Notes: generated from the sequence alone by a model not told the origin. DNA of 64,000 nucleotides from Octopus vulgaris (GCA_951406725.2 OX597835.1:2976001-3040000); one strand, 5' to 3'; positions 1 to 14,079 are shown, counted from the stretch's first letter. Translations and numbers: made by a program.

Positions 1-1196
1 TTCTAGTTTATCTAAGTGAGACATTTAATTGACGAGCATAAGCAATATCTAAGCCGGTAGCTGGTGTTATGAATGTGCGTCTACTTATCTCTGAAGATTA
101 CATGACAAATAAACGAAATACGCCCACAGAAACGAAATATAACTTATTCATCAAAGGTCAACATCTTACTTCGGTGAAATAGCTGGCAGACTATTCAGCA
201 TGTCAGACGGTGTTGAACAAAAGATGGGCATTAACTTAACTGCACTGTTTGACCTCCATTTTAATGTTGCTCTGGTTTTCTCCGTAAAATAATCTTCAAA
301 ACTAGAAGTTATTGTATAAAGACAAGGATTGAGTTTAATGTTGCGATAAGCGGTTGTGCAAGATGGGGGTCTACCAAAATCGAGGTGCATTTTATGAAGT
401 CATATCATATGCATTCTATATGTACTAGCTGACCACGTGCCTTCAATAATGACGGCTAATTGTAGTATTTTATATATATATATAAGGTACAAAATAAGAG
501 ACATAATTATCACGCATACAAACATCCACACGCTTCTCTTGTACACGCCCACGCATACACACATATAATCACACAGAGTTGAAACGCTGATTTATACAAA
601 TCCAAGCCAACACTGGAACTATAAAAATCTGTGAAGCTTTCCTGAAGTTTACCCTTTACGTATATATGAGCATTAATAAATATGGAAATATATGCATAAG
701 GAAACACATAAAACAGAACATAGAAATCTGCACATATGCATACATAGATATTTATATTCAAGAAATCTTGAATTAAACTGAATGGCATGTATATATATGT
801 ATATATCTATATCTTTATCTATCTATCTATATATGTATGTGTGTGTGCACATATATGTGTGTGTGTATATATATATATGTTTGTACACACACACACACAC
901 ACATATATACATACACGTTTTGCAAGATTCTTGATGTGTATATATATATATGTTTGTACACACACACACACACACATATATACATACACGTTTTGCAAGA
1001 TTCTTGATGTGAAATTGTGAGTTGAAACAGGTATTGATATATTTGGGAATGCCATAATTTCGCAATTGTGTGCAGGCACAACACAATTGGTCTTAGCTTC
1101 AGCTTCATTGCTATTATTAAATTTTGTTTGTCAAACATCTTTTTCTCACACATTCTGTCACCTCTTCAGCAACTCTCTGTTCCATGCGTTACCTCT

Positions 1197-1246
<50 letters not shown>

Positions 1247-1423
1247 TGTATATACAAACATCTCTCTCTCATTTATATATATATATATATATAAATGTAT
1301 GTGTACATACAATATATATATATATATAAATAGATAGAAAGATACGCACACACACACATACATACATGCATACATAATTATTCTGACAAGTTGTGGTGCA
1401 CCTGAGCACTGTATACAATAATT

Positions 1424-1475
<52 letters not shown>

Positions 1476-1564
1476 ACTTTTGTTTGTTAGAAATGATAGA
1501 TGGAACGCCGCACCCAATCAGATCACTAAAAGGAATCGTATGTGCATACACAACCACATTTATA

Positions 1565-1626
<62 letters not shown>

Positions 1627-1643
1627 CATATATATATATTGAC

Positions 1644-1710
<67 letters not shown>

Positions 1711-2420
1711 CGAGGATGTCCTTACCTACACCTGTTTACAGCCCTGTGCCAAGTTTGTAAATATGAATATGAATTAATAAGTCTAAACACCTGAATAACT
1801 TCAATCGCTAGCGCTACTCCACCTTTAAACAAATAATCATGGTTAGAAATCAATATTTCATTCTGTCTGCCAGTAATCAAGCAAAAGTTGAATCAGTCTT
1901 AATTAGAAAATAACCATATTCAATTATATTAGATTACATATCACGCTCAAATTATTTGAAATTCCAGCAACGATAGTCACCAAATCAAAGTAGTCGCTTC
2001 CCACTATGCTACTATATACATATATATAGAGATGCATTCATACTTACATATGCATACACAAATATATAAATTACCATACATACATACATACATACATACA
2101 TACATACATAAATACATACATACATACATACATAAATACATACATACATACATACATACATGCATAGACACATTACATATATGTATGTATGTGCATGTGT
2201 GTCTATATATTGATACACATACACACATTTATATGCACACACACATATTTATATCGACACACACACTTCTATGTATTCATGTATGTATGTATCATTTATC
2301 TGTTGTCATCTACGTTTTTCAACTTTCGGACTACGGCCATTCTGGATCATTGATTCCAGCCCTTATCTTTAAAGCTGGGAAAGAACAACCCCAGCCACAA
2401 ACACAGACATATACACACAG

Positions 2421-2481
<61 letters not shown>

Positions 2482-2692
2482 ATTTGATGTTAGCCGTTTT
2501 ATTTGTATATTCGATGCAGAGTTGCGGTGAGACAGTTTAAATAGTGTTAGTCAGGTATTGTACTGAAATACTAATCTAGGAATTGTGTAATTGATGTAGA
2601 TTAACTAATGACAATTCTCACTGACAGTATATTCTATTTCTTTTCAGTCTAACTTATTGTATTCAAAATAGTGCAAAGCAACCTCCATCATA

Positions 2693-3833
2693 ATGGCATA
2701 TAATTCTAAAAGAAAACAAGTTACACTAACGTTACTCGAAAAATATCAAATACTAGAAAAAATAGATACATGAATTAGATACATAATGATATATTGAAAG
2801 ATTATAAGATTGGAAGGAGGACACTGTTCTACATCAAAAAGAACTGGGAGGAATATTGAATGCCGCTCCTCTCTCTGAGAATAAAAGACAAATCAAAAGA
2901 AGGACCCTTCACGGATGAAAGCAAGTTGAATTCGATAAATATTACATGAATGGCTTTTAACGAAGCAAAATGGAGGTAAAGCACAATCGGAACCAATGCT
3001 AATTGCTAAAGCACAAGGGATATGAAATTCAGTCAAGACTGGCTGAGGAGTTTTAAGAGAGTAGACATGGCATACGGCAGTTAACAATCTCAGGTGAACA
3101 ACGTTCAGTTGATATCCTCTCAGCGACAACTTATTGCGAAAGATTCAAAACAATATTTGAGGACTATGCTTGAACACCAGATGATATTTACAATGCTGAT
3201 GAAAATGGTATAAATTGGAAGTGCTTACCCACAAAATATTTAGCTGGACTAGGGGAGCAAAAGGGATTCAAATTAAATAAAGAGAGACGTACAGTGATGG
3301 TGTGTGCTAATGCTTCTGGAACTCACAGACTTAAGCTTCTTGTCATTGGTAAGTCTAAGAGTCCCCTAGCATTGAAAGGAATTCACCTTTAGTAGTATCG
3401 ATATTCTTAAAAAACAAACAAACGGATGGCTGAATCAACATGTGTTCACTGAATTGTTCATACAAGAATTTGTGCCATCTGTACAAAAAGCGCTCTCACG
3501 AATTTGGTAAATCTGATTAAAAGTGCCTGCTGCTATTAGACAATTGTAGAACATATCCTCACGAGACAAAATTAGGGTCTTCGTGCGAGAATGTTTTTGC
3601 GTGCTACTTATCACCAAATATGACATCTCTCATAAAACCCTATGGACCAAGGGATTATTCGGAACCTAAAATGCTTCTACAGAAATGATGTACTAATAAA
3701 TATGATAAATAACTATGTTAGTACAGGCGATTTCCAGTGCAATTTTGCAATCAGAAATGCCATTTTTTCCCTCGCAAGTGCATGGAATCAGGTTCGAGCA
3801 GGCACATTAACAAAAGCTTGGGAAAAATTGTGA
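2693..3833 (+). pseudogene. Decayed Tigger/pogo (Jerky/CENP-B-like) DDE transposase
   Basis: Translation across frameshifts gives MAYNSKRKQVTLTLLEKYQILEKID (psq-type HTH), WLRSFKSRHGIRQLTISGE, IYNADENGINWKCLP, KERRTVMVCANASGTHRLKLLVIGKSK, LLLDN and MDQGIIRNLKCFYR...AWNQVRAGTLTKAWEKL. Multiple stops and frameshifts. Confidence 0.92.
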
Positions 3834-3940
3834 GCCTGGATTTATTGTAGGAGAGACCTGCATAAGGCATCGCGCAGTGGAACTGATCTCTGAAGCACGT
3901 GGTCCTAAATCGAACGTTTTAACCAAACGCCTGTATACAC

Positions 3941-4012
<72 letters not shown>

Positions 4013-4030
4013 GTATGTGTGTGTGTGTGT

Positions 4031-4348
4031 GAAGGCGCATGGCTCAGTGGTTAGAGTGTTTTGCTTATGATCGCGAGGTTGTGAGTTCGAATCCCTGACC
4101 GGGCTGCGTGTTGTGTTCTTGAACAAGACACTTCATTTCACGTTGTTCCAGTTCACTCAACTGTAGAAATGAGTTGCGACGTCACAAGTGCCAAGTTGTA
4201 TCGGCCCCTTTGCCTTTCCCTTGGATGACATCAGTGGCGTATAAAGAGAGAGGCCGGTATGTGTGGGCGACTACTGGTCTTCCATAAACAGCCTTGCCTC
4301 AAAGGGTAACTTTCTATGTGCAATCTACATGCTGAAGGGGGCCTCACC
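4031..4348 (+). mobile_element. tRNA-derived SINE, type B (CORE-like central domain)
   Basis: A box TGGCTCAGTGG, B box GAGTTCGAATCC, then gtgttcttgaacaagacacttcatttcac (CORE-like). The 3' half is shared with the copy at 23400-23897. Confidence 0.85.
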
Positions 4349-4427
4349 ATATATATATATACCGGAGTAAACACATAAATGTGAAACAAGGTGGAAAATA
4401 GAGTACTCAAATACCAGTGGTAGAGAT

Positions 4428-4486
4428 TATTTAAAGCAGCAGAAAATTCAACAAAACCTTTGTTGAATTTTCTGCTGCTTTAAATA
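4428..4486. repeat. Perfect 28 bp inverted repeat (hairpin) ending a short module flanked by (TA)n
   Basis: TATTTAAAGCAGCAGAAAATTCAACAAA-acc-TTTGTTGAATTTTCTGCTGCTTTAAATA. Confidence 0.95.
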
Positions 4487-4497
4487 TAGTATATATA

Positions 4498-4554
<57 letters not shown>

Positions 4555-5467
4555 AACATAGATACATACATACATACATGCAAACATACATACATACTTA
4601 CGTATATACGTATATGAGAGAGAGAGAGAGAGAGAGAGAGGGGGAGAGTAAGATAGAGAGAAGGTAATAGTGGGACAAAGAGAGCAGGAAATAGCTATAG
4701 AATACATATTTAAATAGAAAACATAGCAAGTAATGTTTATTGAATTGAAAGACCTTTCCGTATAATGTGTACAGGGGAGAGTGTGTATTTGTGTGTGTGT
4801 GCATTTGCAATATATGTTTATGTGTGTATGTGTGTCTGTGTGTAGTAAGTATGTCTTTCCATGAGCGCATGTTGCGCATTGCGAGCGATAGTGCGTGCGT
4901 ATGTATATATATGCATATGTCTATATATGTATGTGTGTATATGTATGCGTGTGCATGTCCCTGATTAAGTAGAAATGACGCTACATGTGAGTCATAAGAA
5001 ATAAATGACATGGGACATTGTTTCCATGGTGATTCTGGAGATTGTCTTTGTCGAAAGAATTACAGTTGCGATATATCCGGAGATGTTGTTGGTTAGCCCA
5101 AGGCCACTTCCGATCATAATGTGCCTGGGGCTATTTTATCTAATCTATTGTTGTGTAGTCTCCTGTCATCTCCGATCAAGGGGATTTAATTCACTCATAC
5201 ATAGTCTCTCTTGGACTATATTATCATTTGTGCGCAGAATTCTTATATTGATTAGCCCCGGGTCAATTCTGAGAAGGGTCTTGCAGATTTATGAATCAGT
5301 TGTTTTTAGTTTTTTAACTACGACCATCCTTTGTTATTTCCAAACATTGTATCCATGGCTTTATATTAACCAATCTTTTCTTATTTTGGTTTTCCCCAAA
5401 TAATAGGATGTAGTCTGAAAATAGTTTGGTTGCTATTTCTAATGTATGATATTCTCTCTGCTATAGT

Positions 5468-5646
5468 TACAAGGCCTGAAATTTTGATGGAGGGTGTTTA
5501 GTTGATTACATCGACCCCTAGTAGTTGATTGGTACTTATTTTATCAACCTAGTAAAGATGGAAGGCAAAGTCGATCTCAGCGAAATTTGAACTTAGAACG
5601 TAAAGTCGGAAGAATTACCGCTAATCATCGTATCCAGTATGTTAAA
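5468..5646 (-). mobile_element. SINE type A, diverged monomer
   Basis: Homologous to the abundant family core (gaaggcaaagtcgatctcagcgaaatttgaacttagaacgta). Confidence 0.75.
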
Positions 5647-5667
5647 GATTCAGGCTGTTCGCTACCT

Positions 5668-6059
5668 TTCTTATTTCTTTTCTGACCGCAAGGGGGCTAA
5701 ACATAGAGAGGACAAACAAGGACAGACAAACGGATCAAGTCGATTATGGCGACCCCAGTGCGTAACTGGTATATATTTAATCGACTCTGAAAGGATGAAA
5801 GGCAAAGTCGTCCTCGGCAGAATTTGAACTCAGAACGTAGCGGGAGACGAAATATTTATTTCGTTACTACCCACAAGGGGCTAATCACAGAGAGGACAAA
5901 CAAGGACAGACAAACGGATTAAGTCGATTGTATCGACCCAAATGCGTAATTCGTACGTATTTAATCGACCCCGAAAGAATGAAAACAAAGTCGACCTCGT
6001 CGGAATTTGAACTCAGAACGTAAGCACTTCGGCCAGCGTGCTAACGTTTCTGCCAGCTA
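5668..6059 (-). mobile_element. SINE type A dimer
   Basis: Two tandem copies of ggacaaacaaggacagacaaacgg...gatgaaaggcaaagtcgacctcggcggaatttgaactcagaacgt. The head ctggcagaaacgttagcacg is at the right end. Confidence 0.9.
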
Positions 6060-7751
6060 CCTTTCTGACGTTTAATGTTATCACGGAAATGTTCTCTCAT
6101 TGGCTCAGAAAGAGTGTAATGTAACCAAGCCTTTGGATTCAAATATGATTTACAATATCAAATCAGCCATTACTGTACTATTTCTGTCCGTTTTTCACTC
6201 CACAAATTTTGGCTTTTGATGTCGGAACAACAATTTTGGTCAATAATATTCCAATTGAGAGAACAGCGGGCCGGTCAGTACTGCCTGGCATCTTATATGA
6301 TTTGCTAATTATTTTACCATTCCACCGCCTACAAGGTACTTTGAATTGCAGTTTTATAGATTACAATGCGGTCAATAAAATAAGAAATAATATTACCAAT
6401 TTCTTGGACTATTAACCGTATCTTTTAAAGAGACTAAAGTTTTGTTTGTTTTTTTTCAATATTTACATAAACACACCCGATTGGGTTTGATGTCCAGAGA
6501 TCAAACCGATCGAAACATAACTATAAATGTAAATATAAAAACAAGCAAAATGAAAAAGAAAAAAAAGGAAAGGTATCTTTGATCTGTCCGGATGATGTTA
6601 ATAGACCGAAAATGCGTAATCTTAATAAAAATTCGAATTAATCTGTCCGGCATTTAGATATTAAAAGTAATACATTGTAGAGAATGTAAAGGAAAAACAT
6701 ATTGAACAAGTAAATTGTGGTGGCGTTGGGGCAAGAATTAAACTCGAATATTTATTTGGGAACAATGTAAGCACACACACACGAACACATGCACATGTAT
6801 CACAGACACACACATGCACACACACACACACACACACGCACACACATATATAGACAGATATAGATATCCTTCTATATATTCATGTATACGTACATATATA
6901 CATACATGCACGCATACATACATACATACATACATAAATACATAATAGATGCATACATACATACATACATACATACATACATACATACATAAATACATAC
7001 ATACATACATATATACTAAAAACCAGAAAGGAGAGAACTGATTCGAAGTGTAAAAATCTGGAACTGTAAAAATCTGTAAAACTTTCCAGAAGTTTGTCAT
7101 TTAGCTATATAAGACCACGTCTAGATATGCAACTATATATATGCATGAGAATACATGCATAAAACTAAACATACAAATCTGCACATACACATACATACAA
7201 ACAAACAAAAATATCCGGATGTTGATGTTGAAATTCCAACTTACTACTTTATAATTTGGCTACACGTGTTTCATGAGGTACATTTCCCGGTTCCTAAACC
7301 ACTCCGTGTTTTGCTGGAACCATTCTTAAAATATGACCCCAATCATCAGGCCTCTATATCACATTATGTAAATACGTAAATAGAGTACTCGACTGGTTGT
7401 TTATTTTACCGAAGCCAGAAGAATTTAAAGAGTTAGAAGAAGTGTCGTTAAACATTTTGTCCGACAAGGTGACGATTCTGTCAGGTCGTTAAAGCGAGTT
7501 TCGTTCTGACTGAAAGTAACGAATGAATGTAGAAAAAATGTAATAAAATAATACCATCAAATAAAGTAGTAATTAGAATTGCGAGTTAAAATAGTGAAAC
7601 CGGGGTTTCAATTCCAGCCTGCAGGCATCTTGAAAATATCTCGCAGAATGACGAGCGTGCCCTGCATATTTACAAGCTGCCTTTTAGCAAGGCATAGCAC
7701 TCGTTCAACTACCTTGGTAGAGATACGGCGAAGACACGGAACTGCAGCATG

Positions 7752-7912
7752 GGGAGGCGTAATGGCCTAGTGGTCAGGGCAGCGGACTCGTGGTCGGGCA
7801 TTCTGAGTGTTTATTGAGCAAAAACACCTAAGCTCCATGAGGCTCTGGTGGGGGTGGGTGGTGAACCCCGCTGTACTTTTTCCCAACAACTTTCTCTTTC
7901 TTCCTACTTCTG
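7752..7912 (+). mobile_element. tRNA-derived SINE type C (Arg-like head), truncated
   Basis: aatggcctagtggtcagggcagcggactcg...tgagtgtttattgagcaaaaacaccta; homologous to the copies at 23400, 43830 and 45118. Confidence 0.8.
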
Positions 7913-8197
7913 TCACAAAGCAGAGGAACCATGGTGTAATCCACTATGGTGTGGTAAACTTTCAGACCCTAGTCTAGATTGCGAATCCTCTGTACCCCAG
8001 GATGGTTCAGCTCTCCACCCGTTAAAAGCCACCGTTTACGGAATGAGGATAACAACGTAGCTTTCGCGCCCATATGCAACAGCCAGTCTATCGCGTGTGG
8101 TGGGTGGATCTTCAAGTTGCCACACGCATTCTTAGTGGCTTAGAGTAGGCTCGAATTAGAGATTGTTCTTTGTGGTTAATGGCGTGAGTCCTGATTG

Positions 8198-8400
8198 GAA
8201 GAAGAAGAAGAAGAAGAAGAAGAAGAAGAAGAAGAAGAAGAAGAAGAAGAAGAAGAAGGAGGAGGAGGAGGAGGAAGAAGAAGAAGAAGAAGAAGAAGAA
8301 GAAGAAGAAGACGAAGAAGAAGAAGAAGAAGAAGAAGAAGAAGAAGAAGAAGAAGAAGAAGAAGAAGAAGAAGAAGAAGAAGAAGAAGAAGAAGAAGAAG
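8198..8400. repeat. (GAA)n microsatellite with a (GGA)n interruption
   Basis: Direct reading; source of the polyE/K/R/F/S ORFs. Confidence 0.98.
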
Positions 8401-9634
8401 GCTGCAGCATGGCAAACTGAGAAAAGGTAGCAGAAGAGACCACCTGGGCCAAAACGGTGCTTCTTACATTGATGTTGAGCGGAAGAATCTTGAAAGATTG
8501 ATTTGACGGTGAGGATCACGAAGCTCTGTCAAGAGAGTAACTGCCTGGCATCGCAGGGGAAAGCAATGAATGGTTGTGTAATTAGGTAATGGAAGGATTC
8601 ACTGTGCTGCAAGCTTCCAATTCGAATTAATAATAATGAAATTGGATGGCGACAAAGAGTTATGGGAATCCACGAAAGGCGTATAAAATTAGATTCAGGA
8701 AAATAAGGATAAATTGAGAGATTCGGGTGAAATTTCAGGAAAGATTAGTTGAAATTTAAACTTCCGATATTGATGGTAAAATTTCAGAGACAGATCTAGT
8801 GTTTAGATAAGTAACAAAAATTGGGTGACTGATTACAGGATAAAAGTTAAAAATTTAAATTTAAAACTGAAACAATTGAAAAACTGGGTCCCGATTAGTA
8901 AGAAAATTAAATTTTAAAATTCAACAAAGCTGTTTTCAAAGAAATATTATACAGGTTTTAAAAATCTAGTAAGGTGAAAATTATCAAAAAGTAGAACGAT
9001 ATCCATCATAAGGATTTGGTTTCCACTCCTTGGGGGTGCGTTTACTCCCTCTTCCATTCGTCCCCTCTTCCTCCTTGTACTCGGTGTCTATAATTTCTTT
9101 TTCTCGCAGTAGGTGTGTAATATTTTTTCCTCATTGCCTGCCACCAAGCTTAATATGTGCACTCATTCTGTAGCCCGCTGTGTTAGTTCTATTTCTATCT
9201 CTCTTTTACTCTATCTCTCCTTTTTCTGTCTCCAGTCAGCTTTTATAAGCCGACTGGAGAATTCAACCAGCCAGCCAACCAATTAACATTTCAAACGTTA
9301 AGATAGTAGAAAACAGGCAATGTGACAGTTATGAAATTATAAATATAGAACTTACATGAAAAAAAAATCACAAAGCTCTAGAAAGATGGAAGTTATAAAA
9401 ATGATAAAATCACGAAATCAGAACACATGGGAACGGAATGGTTAAAGTAATGGAAACATGGATTTACATTAATGGGGTTAAAGAATTAAGACTTAAGATC
9501 TAAAATCCTAGATTGGTAGCGATAAGTGAATTGGAATTAAAAGTATCGAGTTACAAGAAGATTAAACATTAAAATAACCAATAAATAAATGTCTTTTAAA
9601 AATGATGGAATTAAATAAGATTCAATACCGATTG

Positions 9635-9857
9635 CAGTAATCCCTCGACCATCGCGAGTATTACGTTCCAAAAACGCCCACGGTAGGGGAAAATCAGCGA
9701 AGTAGAAACAGTAATGTACTGTATATTTTTATTTATTATTTTTATAATTTGTATATATTTATTTTATTATACATGCAAAACAACACCACGGCGGAATTGA
9801 CGTAAGTTTGAATAATAAACCGTGATAAGTGAACCGCGAAATGGCGAGGGATTACTT
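9635..9857. mobile_element. Tigger-type MITE (~223 bp)
   Basis: Termini CAGTAATCCCTCG / CGAGGGATTACTT; TA on the right flank, TG on the left; AT-rich interior; non-coding. Confidence 0.8.
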
Positions 9858-9884
9858 TATCCTTAAAAAAAGTATTAGGTTCGG

Positions 9885-10073
9885 GAAGGCATTTCGTCTG
9901 TCTTTACGTTCTGAGTACAACTTGTACCGAGCATTATTTGGCCTTGTATTCTTTCAGGGTCGATAAAATAAGTACTAGTGAATGTTTAATTAATTAGCTA
10001 TTACCGTTGAGTACTGGATTCGGTTAATCGACTTACTCCCTGCCGTCATAATTTCAGCCTTGATTCTACAGTA
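9885..10073 (+). mobile_element. SINE type A, diverged
   Basis: catttcgtctgtctttacgttctgagt...gggtcgataaaataagtact. Confidence 0.7.
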
Positions 10074-10196
10074 AGAAGAAGAATTATTAGATCAGGAAAA
10101 AGGTAGTCGAAAAAAAGATGAAAACTCAAAGACAAGATGAATATAGCCCACACCAGTGGCCCTAGCAAAAAGTTCAAATGCTTTTTTTTAATTTTA

Positions 10197-10586
10197 TTTT
10201 ACTACTCTAGGGACAAGGCCCAGAAGTTTTGGGGAGGGGTGCAGTCGATTACATTGACCCCAGTACGCAACTGGCACTTAATTTATCGACCCCGAAGGGA
10301 TGAAAGGCAAAGTTGACCCCGACGGAATTTGAACTCAGAACGTAAAAACAGACGAAATACATATTTCTTTACTACCCACAAGGGGGTAAACACAGAGGGG
10401 ACAAGCAAGGACAGACAAACGGATTAAGTCAATTACATCGACCCCAGTACGTAACTGGTGCTTAGTTTATCGACCCGAAAGGATGAAAGGCAAAGTCGAC
10501 CTCGGCGGTATTTGAACTCAGAACGTAACGGCAGACGAAATACAGCTACGCATTTCGCCCGGCGTGCTAACGTTTCTGCCAGTTCG
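10197..10586 (-). mobile_element. SINE type A dimer
   Basis: Two core copies joined at gacgaaatacatatttctttact, with two different 3' tails. Confidence 0.9.
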
Positions 10587-10968
10587 TTAAAATGCTGCAA
10601 GATAACTGTGATCTAACCGAATCACCTAGTGTTTTTCTATGGATATTTAATGAATAATTCATTACGTTTACTTATAAGACTATCTTTATACTGCAGGGTT
10701 CATCTAATGAACAGAGAATGCGCACACCACCACCGTTGGAAACAAGACCGACTTAATAATCAGACAAAGACATTTCGTTGTCTACTTCCTTCATATAAAC
10801 TTGACCAGTCAGAGAGTCCTCTGTTCTAAGGATTCCTGTCTATTCATTTGATCTCTGCTAATGTGTGGCTCGTGGTTAAACTTATATATTCATATCTTTT
10901 ATATACATACATACATACATACATACATACATAAATACATACATACATAAATACATACATACATACAT

Positions 10969-11019
<51 letters not shown>

Positions 11020-11363
11020 TATATATATATGTAAAGAAATATCACGTGTTTTTTGTATATTTTGCTGTTTTTTACACGGAATCCGTCAAATATTTTATCT
11101 CCTCGAATATCATTCTATACTTGTAGTCAACCAAGAGTTTTATATTTCTATTTCTTTCTGAATATGACTTCTGATGACTCATTCCTTCGGTGTTCACATA
11201 GAGTCTGTCAATCGGAGTCGTGAAACTCAGAGTAATAAAATCCAAACATTCAGTTTTAATAACTTTTTACACTGGACTTTTCGGATAGAGTTCCGCATCT
11301 TTGGCTTCATTTCTTTTTTAATTTTCGTTTCTGAGTACACTACATTAAACATCTAGTTTCTGT

Positions 11364-11525
<162 letters not shown>

Positions 11526-11693
11526 CCTATCTATATATATATATATATATGCTCACATGAGTACGAGGGTTATATGAAAAGTCTTGAGCCTCAAAAGAAA
11601 AAAAAAACATACTACAAGACTTCTGATGAAGGTACAAGACTTCAAGACTTGAAGGCCTTGAAGTCTCAAAACTTATAACTAATTTCAATAGCC

Positions 11694-11740
11694 AAGATAA
11701 AACTCTGAGTTTCGGCATCCGAGACTCAGAGTTTTATTTT
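11694..11740. repeat. 22 bp hairpin (2 G-U pairs, 3 nt loop)
   Basis: aagataaaactctgagtttcgg-cat-ccgagactcagagttttatttt. Confidence 0.9.
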
Positions 11741-11772
11741 CGCTTTTGAATAACCATTACATATCATTTTAC

Positions 11773-11853
<81 letters not shown>

Positions 11854-11857
11854 TGTA

Positions 11858-12028
11858 TTACCCCTGAACGGAACGCCAGTCCGTTGTATGGTGACCCACT
11901 TACAGCTGAGTTGACTGGGGCATCATGAAATGAAGTGTTTTGCTCAAGACCACATTGCCCTACTGGTCTGGGAATCGAAACCGCGATCTTACGACCGTGT
12001 GTGCATCACTATTTAACAATGCACCTTC
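11858..12028 (-). mobile_element. SINE type B, diverged
   Basis: cagctgagttgactgg...gaaatgaagtgttttgctcaaga...gggaatcgaaacc (B box on the minus strand). Confidence 0.75.
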
Positions 12029-12565
12029 GCACACACAAATATCCACACATACGTGCACAGAGATGCGAGTAGACTGTATCCGTTTTAATTTGCATAGTTA
12101 ATGATAAATTGAGGTTGATTGATTGAAAAAATGAGAGAAAACAAAGTTGAAGTGCAAAATGGGGGGAGAGAGAGGGAGAGAAGGGGATAGATGGGGGGAG
12201 AGGTGGGAGAGAGAGAGGGGAGAGAGAGACAGACAGAAGTAGACAGGAAAAAAAGATAACTTTCTTGTCATAGAGCAATACAATATAATTAACAGGTGTA
12301 GTCAGGTACACCTACGTTCAGACAGGTAGCACGTTAAATGGGGAAAGGCAAATAGATTTCCTATCAGTAAATATACGGAACAAAAGACATCGCTAATAGA
12401 TGGCGCCACACTCCACCTCTAATTTGATTAGCTTCAAATATTTGACTATGTATATACTTATATGTGTGAGGTGATATATCATGTCTGTGTGTGTATGCGG
12501 TGCGTCTGTATGTATGCGTGTGTGTGTGTGTATATATATCGATATATATGTGCATATATATCTGT

Positions 12566-12637
<72 letters not shown>

Positions 12638-13829
12638 AGTATGTATATACACACACAGTACACACGCATATGTACATACATATACGTATGTATTTCTCCG
12701 AATGTCTCAAGCGAAAAAAACATAGAAAGAAAAGTTAATGAAGCAAAATATCATTAGAATTACTCCTGTTTTATTTGTAAGTCTTTATTGATTTCAAGTC
12801 AGACATATTGCAATCAGACACAGTGGACTCAGGACGCCATTATCTCAAGACACATTTTCGTTTTAAATCGCTTGCGTGTATTTTGCAAAAGTTTCTTTTT
12901 TTCTGTTAGTCTCTTATATCTAGCATATTGATAGACTACTTCGACTCATCTTTGTAGGTCGTATTGTTACAAACCTACAAAAAAAAAAACACTACTTCAA
13001 ATCAGTTATTAAACTTATGGTAACATTATTATAATTTATATAAAATATAATATTTCTGTACATCAAGTTAGCAAAATCAAGGAATATATTTACACTGATA
13101 ATTGTTATACGAAAAATAGCAAATATAACATAAGAAACCTTAATCTAAATTCCTTACTATCTACTGAGTATAAGATACAACGTGAACAAAAGATAAAAAC
13201 TAATTACGATGGTAGACTTGATAAGACAGAAACAAATGGGACCAATAGAAATTCGTAGCCACTGGACGCAAGCACATTTTGCAAAATAATTTCTGTAATT
13301 TGTAACTGTAGAACGACTTCCATATTTCCCCTGGGGTTTTATACGCAGATGTAGTTTTATTGCATCAAAGCATAGTTTTATTTCATCCTGTTATAGCGTT
13401 GATACATATACCTTTTGAAATATGAACAATTACATATTTCAACTACATGAGATGAATTCATATTTAACCTTGAATCTTCGAATGCTAAGTGGAAACTACA
13501 CTCGGACATCAAAGCAATAACCCACTCTTATACTGGAAACAAGAAATAATGCAAACTATGGTCCACTGAAGCGTTACGTGCTGTATTAGATAACAACACA
13601 TTACTTGAATATAGATATAGAGAATTTGCACGTATCTGTTGAATACATTGCTTTATCTCGAATTATAAAAGCATGATACACATACGTTTTAACCTTAATT
13701 TTATACGAACACTTACAGAATATACGTAAACAAATTTTAATAGATTTAGCTTTTGTGAGATCAGAATTGTATTACTAAATTACTAAATCTGCCCTCAAAT
13801 ATCTCTCACGACCGACCTGTATACATGCA

Positions 13830-13862
<33 letters not shown>

Positions 13863-13876
13863 TTTTTTTTTTTCAA

Positions 13877-14079
13877 CATGTGACCTCGTGAGCACCGCGA
13901 GCAATTTTTTTCCTCTGTCTCCCCTTCTCGGGGTCTTTCCTTCTCCTTTGTTTCCGACGAAGAGCTCCGCTCGAAACGTTAAACCCTCCTTCCCTTCTTT
14001 CCTGAGCGTCCAATAATACTTTATTTGTTCCACGTCCTCGCGTTGCTGTGTTTTCTTTTATGTGTTTTCTTGTTTGGAT

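Noticed and set aside
4031-4105. tRNA-gene-like sequence (also at 23400, 45340-45420 and 60375-60448)
   Set aside because: A and B boxes are present but the cloverleaf is imperfect and runs into SINE bodies; these are SINE heads.
5005-5403. 132 aa hydrophobic ORF
   Set aside because: No recognisable family; the opposite strand looks vaguely like a decayed LINE segment but is too weak to call.
6585-6622. Hammerhead-like cggatga...gaccgaaaatgcgta
   Set aside because: Core and stems I-III are too degenerate.
11562-11592. Mariner-like terminus tacgagggttatatgaaaagt
   Set aside because: No matching second TIR found.
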